64,000 bases of DNA from Eledone cirrhosa (GCA_964016885.1 OZ024749.1:51336001-51400000); one strand, 5' to 3'; counted from the stretch's first letter, positions 27,098 through 38,748 are shown. A program made the numbers and translations. Notes: generated by a model not told the origin, from the sequence alone.

Positions 27098-28124
27098 AAC
27101 AAATAAATATTTTTAAAAAGACTCCAGTTACATTTTTGATTTCATCTTTTTTCCTTATACTTTCACTCATGTAGGATATCTCATTTTTTTTCATCTTAAA
27201 AAAAACCTCATTTTCTGATATATATATATATTTGCTCTAGGGTTCTTATATATTTGATATATATTTATCCTTATCGAGCCCTCTTTGGATTTTAGTCTTC
27301 AAATTTATTATTATTATTATATCATTCTGAGTTCAAATCCCGCCGAGGTTAACTTTGCCTTTCATCCTTATGGGGTCGATAAAATAAAGTACCAGTAATA
27401 TACTGGGTAATTGCTGGCCTTGTGCCAAAAGTAGAAACAATTATTATATATATATATATATAGCTCTCCCCCTTCTTCCTCTCTCTCTCTCTCTCTCTCT
27501 CATTGTCATAATTAATTACCCCTAAATCATAGTTATAAACAACACTATAATCAGCCTAATCAGCTGGATTTGTTTCATAGAAAGAGAGAGAGGGGAGCAG
27601 TTTTTTGGTGAGGAGAGACATTGGTACCAAAATGGTTAAACTCATTAAAAAGCACTGACATATACATACTAAATCATAAAACCCATACTGAACCATTTTT
27701 TTTTTTTTTATTTAGATTTTTACCCTGATAGCTGCATCTCTCTGGAATGTTTTTCCTGTTTATATATTCTCTACAACCAATAACCTGAAACAAAATCCAA
27801 CTTTATCTTTATCTTTCAGTCTGGAGACCTTCAAAGTGTTATTATAAGTACAGCCCTTCTTTCTCAAACTAATAAACTAATAAATGAATAAATAAATCTA
27901 AATTATAATAAAGAAAATAAAGATTAAACTACGAGGAAAATCTTTATTTTAACCCCCTTGATACAAACCTGCCCAAGAAGTCTCCGTTTCTATAAAATAA
28001 AACCACCCAGTTTAAAGGATTCCTACTTATATAAAATTATGTTGGAAGGTTTTAATTTAAGAACATTTTATTTAATGATGGGGTGATGCTAATAACTTGA
28101 GATTATGTCACCAATATCTTCTAT

Positions 28125-28790
28125 TCAGTATTCGTGCTAAACCTTACATATGGTCATGAAGCTTGGGTTATGACTGAAACAATACAATCACGAATACAAG
28201 CGGCCAAAATGGGGTCTTCGAGTGTGTGTGTATCAGCTCACACCTATTCAGGTTTAGCTGGCCTCCTCCAAGGTATATCTTGTTGGAGGTGTCTTGGGTA
28301 ATTTAATGATAGGGACCCCAGTCCTATCATCTCATTTCTACAGCTGAGTAAACCGGAGCAATGTGAAATAAAGTGTCTTGCTCAAGGAAACAACACATCA
28401 CCTGGTCCGAGAATTGAACTCACAACCTTTCGATTGCAAGCTCAATGCTCTAACCACTAAGCCATGCACCTTCACTTTGGAGTAATGTTACTCGATAAAG
28501 TGCATAGCTCAGAGATCATAGAGTTCCTTCAGGTAGAGCTGCTACTTCTCTGAATTGAGAGATCACAGCTCCAATATTGTTAGACATGTGGTTAGAATGT
28601 CTCAGGAAAGAATCACTGGACAGATTTTATGGGCAAAACCAACTGGCAGGAGACCCAGGGATAGAACCCCCACCCACCCTAACCCCACCCCACCACTAAA
28701 CAAGATGGTTGGATAACATCCATGAGCTTGGCTGGTCACGCTTGGGGATCCAGCTGGGTCAGTTGGAGACAGTTGCTTCTGACAGGAGTT
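28125..28790 (+). mobile_element. RTE-clade LINE 3' fragment (Expander/Rex3-like), split by a SINE
   Basis: Translates as LTYGHEAWVMTETIQSRIQAAKMG ... LLDKVHSSEI..LQVELLLL*IERSQL..HVVRMSQER...KPTGRRPRG..TRWLDNIHELGWSRLGI, and runs into a (GAA)n-type tail. Confidence 0.8.
28222..28455 (-). mobile_element. SINE family B with an alternative (CA)n-tailed 3' end, inserted in an RTE LINE fragment
   Basis: Same head and core as 52071. The 3' part matches the copy at 54538-54797. Confidence 0.75.
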
Positions 28791-29040
28791 AAGAAGAAAA
28801 AAGAAAGAGGCAAAGAAGAAGAAAGAAAGAGGCAAAGAAGAAGAAGAAAGAAAGAGACAAAGAAGAAGAAGAAAAAAAGAGGCAAAGAAGAGGAAGAAAG
28901 AAAGAGGCAAAGTAGAAGGCAAAGAAGAAGAAGGCAAAGAAGAAGAAGGCGAAGAAGAAGAAGGCGAAGAAGAAGAAGAAGAGGGCAAAGAAGAAGAAGA
29001 AGAAGAAGAAGAAGAAGAAGAAGGCAAAGAAGAAGAAAAA
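28791..29040. repeat. (GAA)n/AGGCAA polypurine tract
   Basis: Directly visible. Immediately follows an RTE 3' end. Confidence 0.9.
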
Positions 29041-29484
29041 GCATTATTTCGTTTTTGCACTTTGACACCTCAATATTTATGCTTCATTTTGTACAAGAAC
29101 TAGACAAGCTGAGAGGTTACCTTACGCACCTGCCAGCTTTCAAATAATAGTTCACCTGCTGACATATTTGAAATATAAGCCCAACACATCAAAGCCACTG
29201 AAGATATTGCAACTGACTCTTAAACAGCGATCAACAGAGAGAGAGAGACAGAGAGAGGGGGGGGGGGAAGAAACACCAATAACATTCTCCAGTCATGGAG
29301 GACGGAGGGGTGGAGGGAGCAGGTGAGGGTGAGGAAGGGAGGGTTGTAATAAAATAGGTACCTGAAAAAAAAAGGGAGGGCCAACGCCAACCAAGACATC
29401 TGAGAAAAATTTAGTTATGGTTGATATTAAAGTAAAGCTATCAGAAGAAATGGTTCTTAATTGTTTAGTAAGCTGTCAAAGTAT

Positions 29485-29519
<35 letters not shown>

Positions 29520-29602
29520 GTTATTCCGGGTTGAATCGGAGGTAACCACAGTAAGTAAGGTACTCAATACATAGCAGAGTATAATAGTTTTAATATAGAA
29601 GA

Positions 29603-29651
29603 GATTCTACAGGACTAGAACTGTTTCATTCATTAGAAATCATCAGGAATC
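29603..29651 (-). ncRNA. Type I hammerhead ribozyme motif (left arm of palindrome; same strand as collagen pre-mRNA)
   Basis: Exact reverse complement of 29657-29705. Confidence 0.65.
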
Positions 29652-29656
29652 CTGAT

Positions 29657-29705
29657 GATTCCTGATGATTTCTAATGAATGAAACAGTTCTAGTCCTGTA
29701 GAATC
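29657..29705 (+). ncRNA. Type I hammerhead ribozyme motif (right arm of palindrome)
   Basis: GATTC-CTGATGA-t TTC taat GAA t-GAAA-CAG ttctagtc CTG-TA|GAATC. Stem I GATTC/GAATC, GUA cleavage triplet. Stem II is weak (U.U closing pair). Confidence 0.65.
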
Positions 29706-29757
29706 TCTTCTATATTAAAACTATATATATATATATATATATATATGAATATATATA

Positions 29758-29799
<42 letters not shown>

Positions 29800-29809
29800 A
29801 ATATATATA

Positions 29810-29851
<42 letters not shown>

Positions 29852-30300
29852 AATATATATATGTGTGTGTATATATATATATATATAAATATATATATGT
29901 GTGTGTGTGTGTGTGTGGCTGCTGAGTTATCAACCGATTGCTTGATCATAAACATCACTTCATAACTGACCTAATTCCTACACATATCTAGGTAAATATA
30001 TAAATAAATTGTGCATGAAAAGGAATATTTCTTATTCTGCAGAGAGAGTTGGGTTAATTAGAACAACTTTATCAGCACTATGGTTCAAAAATATATATAT
30101 ATATATACTAAAGAGATATATATATGACCTGTTTGTATTTTCGTTGATGTATTGACATTCTATACCTAACCCTAGTTTTCAATTTGTCACACATTTAACG
30201 TATTAAGATTTAATTTATCGATATCATCTTGTGCTTGTGCAAGCTTCTGAGGATTGTTCTTTCGAGAGATGCTGCCATAGTTCCAACTTCGATTTTACTC

Positions 30301-30343
<43 letters not shown>

Positions 30344-30347
<4 letters not shown>

Positions 30348-30633
30348 ATAAGAATCAAAGAACTGTTCAAAACATTATTGTGCTTACAGCTGTTTCCTCC
30401 AAACCGAGGTTTGGAGGAAACAGCTGTAAGCACAATAATGTTTTGAACAGTTCTTTGATTCTTATACTTCATATAACTGCTCTGTAAATCATCTGATGTT
30501 TTTACATTGAGCTACTTAACTTACTGGTAATAAGGTAGTAATACATCACTGCCTACCACTATTTAGGGTGTGTGTAAAATACTTACAACTGCTTAAGGTT
30601 TTGTGTTTACATAACCATAAATAGTATAACTAA

Positions 30634-30640
<7 letters not shown>
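30344..30640. mobile_element. (TA)n-embedded island with 62-bp perfect palindrome carrying a hammerhead 3' half
   Basis: Arms 30344-30405 and 30408-30469 (2-nt spacer). Contains GAAA-CAGCTG-TA|AGCAC. A unique tail runs to the next (TA)n. Confidence 0.55.
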
Positions 30641-30673
<33 letters not shown>

Positions 30674-30720
30674 CACTTCACTACTCGCAAGTGTTTTTTA
30701 AGCTTCATATCATGTCTCCC

Positions 30721-30792
30721 TATTTTATCTGATGAGAACGCAAATATCATCCCATGATGATATTTGTTTTTTGAAATGCGCATAATAAAATA
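30721..30792 (+). ncRNA. Type I hammerhead ribozyme motif (complete core)
   Basis: TATTTTAT-CTGATGA-gaacg CAAATATCATC ccat GATGATATTTG tttttt-GAAA-TGCGCA-TA|ATAAAATA. 8-bp stem I, 11-bp perfect helix in stem II, palindromic stem III (ATGCGCAT). Predicted AUA cleavage after 30784. Confidence 0.8.
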
Positions 30793-30865
30793 CATGGAAC
30801 TCTTTTAACCATCTTTTCATCTTTATATATTACTTACTGTGGTTACCTCCGATTCAACCCGGAAT

Positions 30866-30905
<40 letters not shown>

Positions 30906-30944
30906 CATATATATACACACACACACACACACATATATATATAT

Positions 30945-31352
30945 GGGAGAGATGACCCCTTAGCCTTTGTCAAGGCAGAATTCTAGGAGAAGGAAAACTC
31001 TGATATAACACCTGCAACCCTGATGGTATCCAATGATGTTGATTTGTTCTTCTTTTTGGTAAATATCATCTTGGTTAAGAGAGTGGGACTGGCTTTGTGC
31101 AGTGCCTTTGCTCACTATAAAAGCTTCACGGCACAGGCATTGCTTTATATCTGGAGATCTCTCTGCACTTGTCATCACATGGTACCATGGGCCCAGCACT
31201 ATGTGTCAATAATTGTCACAAGTGTAGTGTTTGTACCAGAGTTTTCAAGTCGCTGGCTGGACTAAAAAGTCACGCTCGTTCAGCGCATCGGTAGGGGTTC
31301 TCCTATATGGATATAAAGTAGTGGCCGTACTCGAAAACGAGTTGGCAGCCAT
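30945..31352 (+). mobile_element. GC-richer repeat fragment, probably an RTE-type 5' region
   Basis: Contains ggca...tctaggagaaggaaaactctga, a motif recalled from RTE 5' UTRs. Bounded by (TA)n. Confidence 0.35.
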
Positions 31353-31380
31353 CATATATATATATATATGTATATATGTA

Positions 31381-31531
<151 letters not shown>

Positions 31532-31570
31532 ATATATATGTATGTATATATATATGTATGTATATATATA

Positions 31571-31603
<33 letters not shown>

Positions 31604-32097
31604 ATCACACACTTACACCTCTCCAAGACAATGTCACTGGACCGAGACCTTTGGCGGTACTCAGTAACAGAGAAGACCCGCCTTACCTAAATATATAGTA
31701 AAACCTACTCCAGCCAGTAGGCATCTCTAACAAAATACACCCCGTCCCACCACCACCACCCCCCACCCCATCCACACCACCCCGTTCTATGTAAAGTTAT
31801 GTTGGTGCCGCGCCATCGAGGCCGAAACAAATGAGATCGTGTAGGTGTCACGACAAAAAAACACACAGTCCACGCTGTAATGTGGCCGTGTAGGCAACAC
31901 GGTAAAAACCTCCCAGCCCCACACTGTAAATGTGGTTGGTGTTAGGAAGGGCATCCAACTGTAGAAAACCTGCCAGACAGTCCTATGCGAGCAAGACAAT
32001 CACTCTTGCCTCAAGTGGGACTACCCCCGTCCAAACCCATGCAAGCGTGGAACACGGACGTTAAACGTTGATGATGATGATGATGATGATATATATG

Positions 32098-32150
<53 letters not shown>

Positions 32151-32169
32151 AGTGGGTGTATATATGTGG

Positions 32170-32216
<47 letters not shown>

Positions 32217-32219
<3 letters not shown>

Positions 32220-32402
32220 CGGTGGATTGGCAGTATCGGTAGAGGGTCAGATGCCATGCTTTGCAGCAAAGAGTTACGGCCCTTTATGGTCTGAGTTCAA
32301 ATCCCGCCATGGTTAACTTTGCCTTTCATCCTTACGGGGTCGATAAAATGAAGTACCACCAATGCACTGGGATAATTGCTGGCCTTGTGCCAAAAGTAAA
32401 AA

Positions 32403-32408
<6 letters not shown>
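32217..32408 (+). mobile_element. tRNA-derived SINE family A (representative full copy)
   Basis: A-box-like tggcagtatcgg, B-box gagttcaaatccc, core gcctttcatccttacggggtcgataaaat.aagtacca (Deu/Nin-domain-like, recalled), AAT tail. About 20 copies or fragments in the window. Confidence 0.85.
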
Positions 32409-32463
<55 letters not shown>

Positions 32464-33619
32464 TACAGATTAATGTTTAAGCAAAGAATTTCTGCTTTCA
32501 TCCTATTATGGGATCTTCTGAAATTCTTTGTTCAAACTTCAATCTGTATAAATAATAAATATTTGCTCTACAGGTTTATATATATACAAAGAAGGATAGA
32601 GAGTGATAGAATGAAAGTGAGAAAGAGATATAGAGGAAGAATCAACCCCAGTATTAAACTGGTACTTTTTTTATTGACCTTGAATGGATGAAAGGCAAAG
32701 TTGACCTCAGTGGGATTTGAACTCAGAGAGTAGTAAGCCAAAAAATATACAGCAAAGCATTTCTATCTGACCTAACGACTCTGCCAATTTGCTTTCATAT
32801 AGTATATATACTTGTATACAGGGCACACTAATAGTTTATACATACATATTATTCATACGTGTATAGAAGACACTAATAGATAAGACTTGCACCTATATTT
32901 TATATACACCATTGGAAATGTTGAATTGAGGTTTTGCAGACGCAGCAAAAATGTTGCATGCTATTTTTTAACATCTTATCAGGGAAAAGTATGCGATATG
33001 CACACATATATATATGGCCTGTGTGTAGCCATGTGACTATTTGAGTGTGTGTGTCTGTGTGAGTGTGTGTGAGTGTATCTGAGTATATGTGGGTACGTGT
33101 ATGTGTCTAAGTACACATGCTTGTGTCTGTACGTCTGTGTGTGTGTATGTATATGTGTATGTACTTGTGTATGTCTGTGTGTCTACGTGTGTGAGTATGT
33201 GTGTGTGTGTGTGTGTGTCTACGTGTGTGAATGTACATGTGTGTGTCTGCATGTGTATGATTATATGTGTGCGAGTGTGTACTTGTATACATGTGCCTGA
33301 GTACGCGTGTATGTTAGTATATGTATGTGTCTGTTTGAGTATGCGTGTGTATATATGTATGTGTGAGTACATGTGTGTGTGTGTGAATGACAACATATTG
33401 AAACCATAGTGTTTCATTAGTAAAACTCACAGTTAAATAGATGCTATTTGATTTATCTACCTTATCTACAGTATAATATTTCTCTTTAGTCTTTCCAGAT
33501 GGCTTGAAACTACTGTCTTTTCAACCAGTGCAAACTGCCTTATCAGTGTTCCACAAATACTACCACACATTTAGCATATTTTCCATTGGAATTTGGTTCA
33601 AAGTCTAAAGTCTGTCTCG

Positions 33620-33900
33620 AGCTTGGAGGCTCATCAACTGAGTTCATGAATGTTATCCAACCATCTTGCTTGGGGTCTACCCCTGGGTTGATTTTACTCA
33701 TAAGATCTGCCCAGCAAATCTTTCCCCGAGACATTCTAACCATATGTCCATAATATTGGAACTGTGATCTCTCAATTCAGAGAAGTTGTGGCTCTACCTT
33801 GAGCAGCTCTGATCTCTGAGCTATACACTCTGTTGAGTAATATTACTCCAGTGACCCTTCAGAAGAACCCTGTTTTGACCACTTGCATTCGCAATCATAT
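33620..33900 (-). mobile_element. RTE LINE 3' fragment, same family as 28125
   Basis: Reverse-complement similarity (gttatccaaccatcttgcttgggg, gctgtgatctctcaattc). Confidence 0.7.
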
Positions 33901-34164
33901 TCATGTTAATCATGTTAATGATATACAAAATATAAACCTTAAGCAATTGCCACCAATTACAGTCTTAAATCATTTTATAAGTAAGATAAAGTAGAGGCTG
34001 AATAAATAAATGGATGATTGTTATTAAAATAGTAGATAATAGACTACAATGCTTTCCTAAAGGTGTTAGTTATGAGCAGTTATGAGCAGACCCAGGTAAA
34101 TTTCTTACATTAATCTAGAGAAACATCAAGGATGTGACAGCTGGAAGGAGAGAGAGAGTTAGCT

Positions 34165-34905
34165 CTCCCAGCACTGCACTGGTACTTTCTTTATCAACTC
34201 AGACTGGATAAAAGACAAAATGAGCGACAACAATATTTGAACTCAGAGCATAGAGAATCAGAACAAATATCTGATGACTCAGCTAAATAATGGTTTCTGA
34301 TTTAGGCACAAGGCCAGCAATTACCCAGTGCATTACTGGTACTTTATTTTATCGACCCCGTAAGGATGAAAGGCAAAGTCAACCTCGGCGGGATTTGAAC
34401 TGAGATCGTAAAGGGACGTAACTATGCTGGAAAGCATGGCATCCGACCCTCTACCGATACTGCCAATCTACCGATGACTCAGCTAAATAATGGTTTCTGA
34501 TTTAGGCACAAGGCCAACAATTTGGTGCATTACTGGTATTTGATTTTATTAACCCTGTAAGAATGAATGGCAAAGCTAACCTTAGCAGAATTTGAACTCA
34601 GAGTGTAAATGGCCATAACTCTATGCCACAAAGCATGTTGTCTAACGCTCTACCAATATTACCAATCCACTTGCCCATGACTGCCTTAATATTGTTTTCC
34701 AATTAAGGTACAAGGCTGACAATTTTGGAGAAGGGATAGTTGATTAAATTGACCCCATGGCATTCTGGTACTAAATTTTTCTGAGCCCCATAAGGATGAA
34801 AGGCAAAGATAACTTCGACAGGATTTGAACTCAGAAGAACATAAATGACTATAACTATATACCACAAAGCATGTTGTCCGATGCTCTACCACCTCTGCCA
34901 ACCCA
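34165..34905 (-). mobile_element. Cluster of four head-to-tail SINE family A copies
   Basis: Copies at about 34165-34262, 34290-34472, 34490-34676 and 34692-34905. Confidence 0.8.
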
Positions 34906-35239
34906 CTACCATTGACTGTCTTAATAATAGACAATATTACCTATTTTTCTAATAGAATATATTTCAGAAATTACAGTTTAATTTGTTGGAACGTTCAGTT
35001 AAGACTGTTACATTATCAAAGAAAACAAAAATCTGAACATAAGCTATTAATATTTTTTTTTATTATGACAAACAAAATAAAAAATTTTTTAAATTAAATT
35101 CATGTAAAAAGTAAAATAAAGAAAGCGTACTCTAATACAAGGAACAATGATATCTGGTTGCTATTAAGATAAATTGCCAAATTTGTTTATTTAGAAAGCA
35201 TTTCTATTTTATTAGGTCATTCCATAAATAATGTCTACA

Positions 35240-35276
<37 letters not shown>

Positions 35277-35539
35277 AACACACATATGCATGTTTATATA
35301 TGTGTATATATATATATATATATATAAATAAATATGGGACACACATACACACACATATATATATATATATACATAAGTATATATATGAAGCAACTGTAAT
35401 ATTACTGAGTGACTTGATAATTGGTAAAAGAAATAATTTAATAGACACCATATGACTTATGAAAATGCTTATTCTTTATCATACGGCCCACATATAACTG
35501 GTAATTCACACACACACACATATTATAAGAACAGATTGT

Positions 35540-35599
<60 letters not shown>

Positions 35600-36080
35600 A
35601 TATATGTATTACTAGCAGCTAAATATAAGGCCAGGGCAAGGAGGAATGGGTGGCGGTGGGGGTTAGGTGGAGGGTGGAATTCCATGGTTGAAAACTCTAA
35701 TAGATTTTGGAAGTATAAGAAAGTGGTAGGGAGAAAAAGGAATGAAGGAAGAAAGAATGGAAGAAAAGAAGGAAGACACTTTTTGTTTTTGAGTCTGCAT
35801 TCCAATTAATCTTTGACTTCTTTACAAAAAAGGGTAACTTTTCTCTCAGCTCCTCTATATATATATACATATCATCATCATCATCATTTTACGTCCGCTT
35901 TTCCCTGCTTGCAAGGGTATATATATATATGTGTGTGTGTGTATATATACATGTGTATAGGTATATGTATGGGTATATATATATATATATATATATTTAT
36001 ATTTCATATATATATATATATTTATATATATATGTGTGTGTATGGGTGTATATATATATATATATATATGTGTGTGTATG

Positions 36081-36120
<40 letters not shown>

Positions 36121-36425
36121 CATACACACACATATATATATATGTATATATATACACACACATGAGTGTGTGTGATTAGTGTTTTCTGTTATTGGACTGT
36201 AACCAATGTAGGATGGTAGACTACTGTATTACAGGCAATAGCTGAGTATATCAACTCCAGTACTTATTATTAATGACACCACCGGAAGAATGGTAAGCAG
36301 AAGATAAAGTATTTCTTGATGCTCTGATGAGTAATTAACAGTTACAGAGAATGTGGAGCAGAAACATTTTACACTTGTTTCTTTCTTTCTTTGATTTTTG
36401 ATTATGACAAATGTGTGTGTGTGTG

Positions 36426-36470
<45 letters not shown>

Positions 36471-37016
36471 ATATATATATCATCATTTCATCATTTCATT
36501 TTACGTCCACTTTTCCCTGCTTGCAAGGGTGGGACGGGAACTGATTATATATATATTATATATATATATTATATTATATTATGACAAATATATATATATT
36601 TCCAATTCCAACCCGCCCGTCCCCTCAATCTACTTTGTTTCTCATTCTTTCTTCTGTTGAAGGACTAGCGTCCAAAACGTTAAGACCCTCTTCCTGCTAT
36701 ATCAAGCGTTAACCTAATATATCCCTTCCATATACTGTACCAATTGTGTTGTTATTTCTGTTTACCTTTTACATATATATATATATTGAGAAATAAGCCA
36801 AACACTGCTAACTATACCATATTTTAATTTACGTGCGTTTCATCCTTAACATAAAGATTATATTATTAGGACTTCCTAAAATTCTATGTAGCCTTGTCTA
36901 CGTAAAAAATCCCGTATTATTTAGCTGTATAACATCTTCACCTATAATTATTTGCTTTCGTAATGTATAATAAAATTTAATTGATCAAAAGAACATCTAT
37001 TTTATTAATATTTGTA

Positions 37017-37083
<67 letters not shown>

Positions 37084-37128
37084 AAATACAAATATTAATA
37101 AAATAGATGTTCTTTTGATCAATTAAAT

Positions 37129-37172
<44 letters not shown>

Positions 37173-37174
<2 letters not shown>

Positions 37175-37430
37175 AAGGCGGGTAAAATTCCCGAGATCCA
37201 TGGACGAGTTCTCTCCAGCGGTCTCTGTCCCTCATTATCGCTGCCATATCCTGCATCTCCAACAGACCAGTGTCTGTCCTTAGGGCATCAACATATGTTA
37301 ACCTTGGTCTTCCTCTTCTAGTGTGTCCATGTAGGGGCTCCCAAAGGAGCACTGAGTGCAATGTCAACTCTGGATGTCGGTGAGCATGTCCAGCCAACCT
37401 CAGTCTCCTCTGTGTCACTTTTGAGCTGAT
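37173..37430 (-). mobile_element. RTE/RTE-X-like LINE C-terminal fragment inside (TA)n (related pieces at about 17573-17685 + and 49310-49610 -)
   Basis: RRLRLAGHAHRHPELTLHSVLLWEPLHGHTRRGRPRLTYVDALRTDTGL...[11 protein letters not shown]. The 49310 piece gives ETILLYGSTSW..DGSYTKML..ISWQCHMTNKVLHGDLPRVSSKI. Confidence 0.85.
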
Positions 37431-37892
37431 TTATATATATATATATGAATTAGCTACACAATATATGAATATACATCATTTAATGTCCATTTTCCATGCT
37501 GGTATAGATGAGAGAAATTGAATCAGGAGACCGCGTCTTGCTCATTCTGACCAGTATTTTGGCTTGGTTTCTATTAAGCACCATTTTTTAGTAAGATTAA
37601 CATCTAAATAAATTAGGTCATTTTTTTTTTTTTTTTTTTTGTGCATAGTCTGTAGGCAATATAACTAAATATTCAATAAGGAATTCAGTGTGATATTCTA
37701 GTAGAATCACTACTTTGTCTACTGAAGAAAATAAAAATTCAAAACTTGGAGTAATTCTGCCATATGAGATAGAGAGAGAGAGACATACAGACACACACAG
37801 AGAGTGCAAGTAATGGTATCAGACTAAATAAGAGAGAAGGAGACTGAAAGAATTTGGTACATGTGAGAAATATAAAATAAACTTTTGCTTAC

Positions 37893-37937
37893 CGGAATTC
37901 CAGGAATTCCTCGCATACCTGACATGCCTTGCTCTCC
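37893..37937 (-). CDS. COL4A1: Type IV collagen exon (45 bp) GEQGMSGMRGIPGIP
   Basis: Minus strand: tttcttcatag|GGAGAGCAA...GGAATTCCG|gtaagc. Five Gly-X-Y triplets, phase 0. Confidence 0.93.
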
Positions 37938-38344
37938 CTATGAAGAAAGAAACAGAATTATTGTATATATTATTGAAAATATAAATTTGGGGTTCATGGC
38001 ATTTTTGTTTATGAAGAAATATTCAATAGTTTACAGTTATTTTAAACAAAAGCACAGATGTGCATATTTTAAGTGTTTTTATCATATGCATTTACACATA
38101 TGTATATATATATATACATGTGTATGTATAAATAAATACAGAATCATATCTATATCAATATATATTTATATATATATGTGTGTATGTGCATGTGTGTATA
38201 TATATATGTATATTCTGTGTAAAATTTGGCTCCTATTATGTAAACGATAGCTATACTTAGTTTTGATAACTTGGTAAAACCTAAATATCAAAAAACAGCT
38301 CATAATATGTTTGAATATATATATACACACATATATATATATAT

Positions 38345-38712
38345 ATCATCATCATCATCATTTCATTTTACGTCCGCTTTTTCCCTGCTTGCAAGGGTGG
38401 GACGGGAACTGATTCTGGCTTGATTTCTACAGCTGGATACCCTTCCTAACACCAACCTCATTTACAGTGAGTGCTGGGTGCTTTTTTGCCGTGGCACCTC
38501 CACGTCCACTTTGCAGTGGAATGATATGGACCCCAGTCCCTATCATCTCATTTTACAGTTGAGTAAACTGGAGCAAACTGGAGTAAACTGAGTAAACTGT
38601 AAATGAGGTTGGTGTTAGGAAGGGTATCCAGCTGTAGAAATCAAGCCAGAATCAGTACCCGTCCCACCCTTGCAAGCAGGGAAAAAGCGGACGTAAAATG
38701 AAATGATGATGA

Positions 38713-38715
<3 letters not shown>
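38345..38715. mobile_element. Truncated SINE family B with a locally duplicated inverted arm
   Basis: Arms about 38345-38465 and 38596-38715. Junction gagtaaactggagcaaactggagtaaactgagtaaactgt. Confidence 0.75.

Positions 38716-38748
<33 letters not shown>

Larger units (their letters stand above)
26881..27218. mobile_element. (TA)n-flanked element with about 135-bp diverged inverted repeat
   Basis: Arms about 26881-27016 and 27021-27159, with scattered mismatches. Each arm holds a variant hammerhead motif. Confidence 0.6.
29516..29724. mobile_element. (TA)n-embedded hammerhead-bearing island with fold-back end
   Basis: Arms about 29584-29651 and 29657-29724. Near-identical copy at 42636-42807, and an inverted 40-bp copy of its end at 30831-30870. 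Confidence 0.65.

Noticed and set aside
28602-29147. Arg-rich protamine-like and Ser/Leu-rich ORFs
   Set aside because: (GAA)n polypurine tract at the end of an RTE fragment.
29250-29345. G-run-rich stretch with G-quadruplex potential
   Set aside because: Low-complexity purine tract, common in this genome type, with no supporting context.
36318-36366. tgct-CTGATGA-gtaa ttaacag ttac...agca, a possible hammerhead
   Set aside because: Stems I and II are plausible, but GAAA and UH are absent (agagaatgtgg). Too degenerate to call.
37885-38250. + strand ORF starting MLTGIPGIPRIPDMP, collagen-like
   Set aside because: Antisense shadow of the true minus-strand exon 37893-37937 (GGAATTCC is palindromic).
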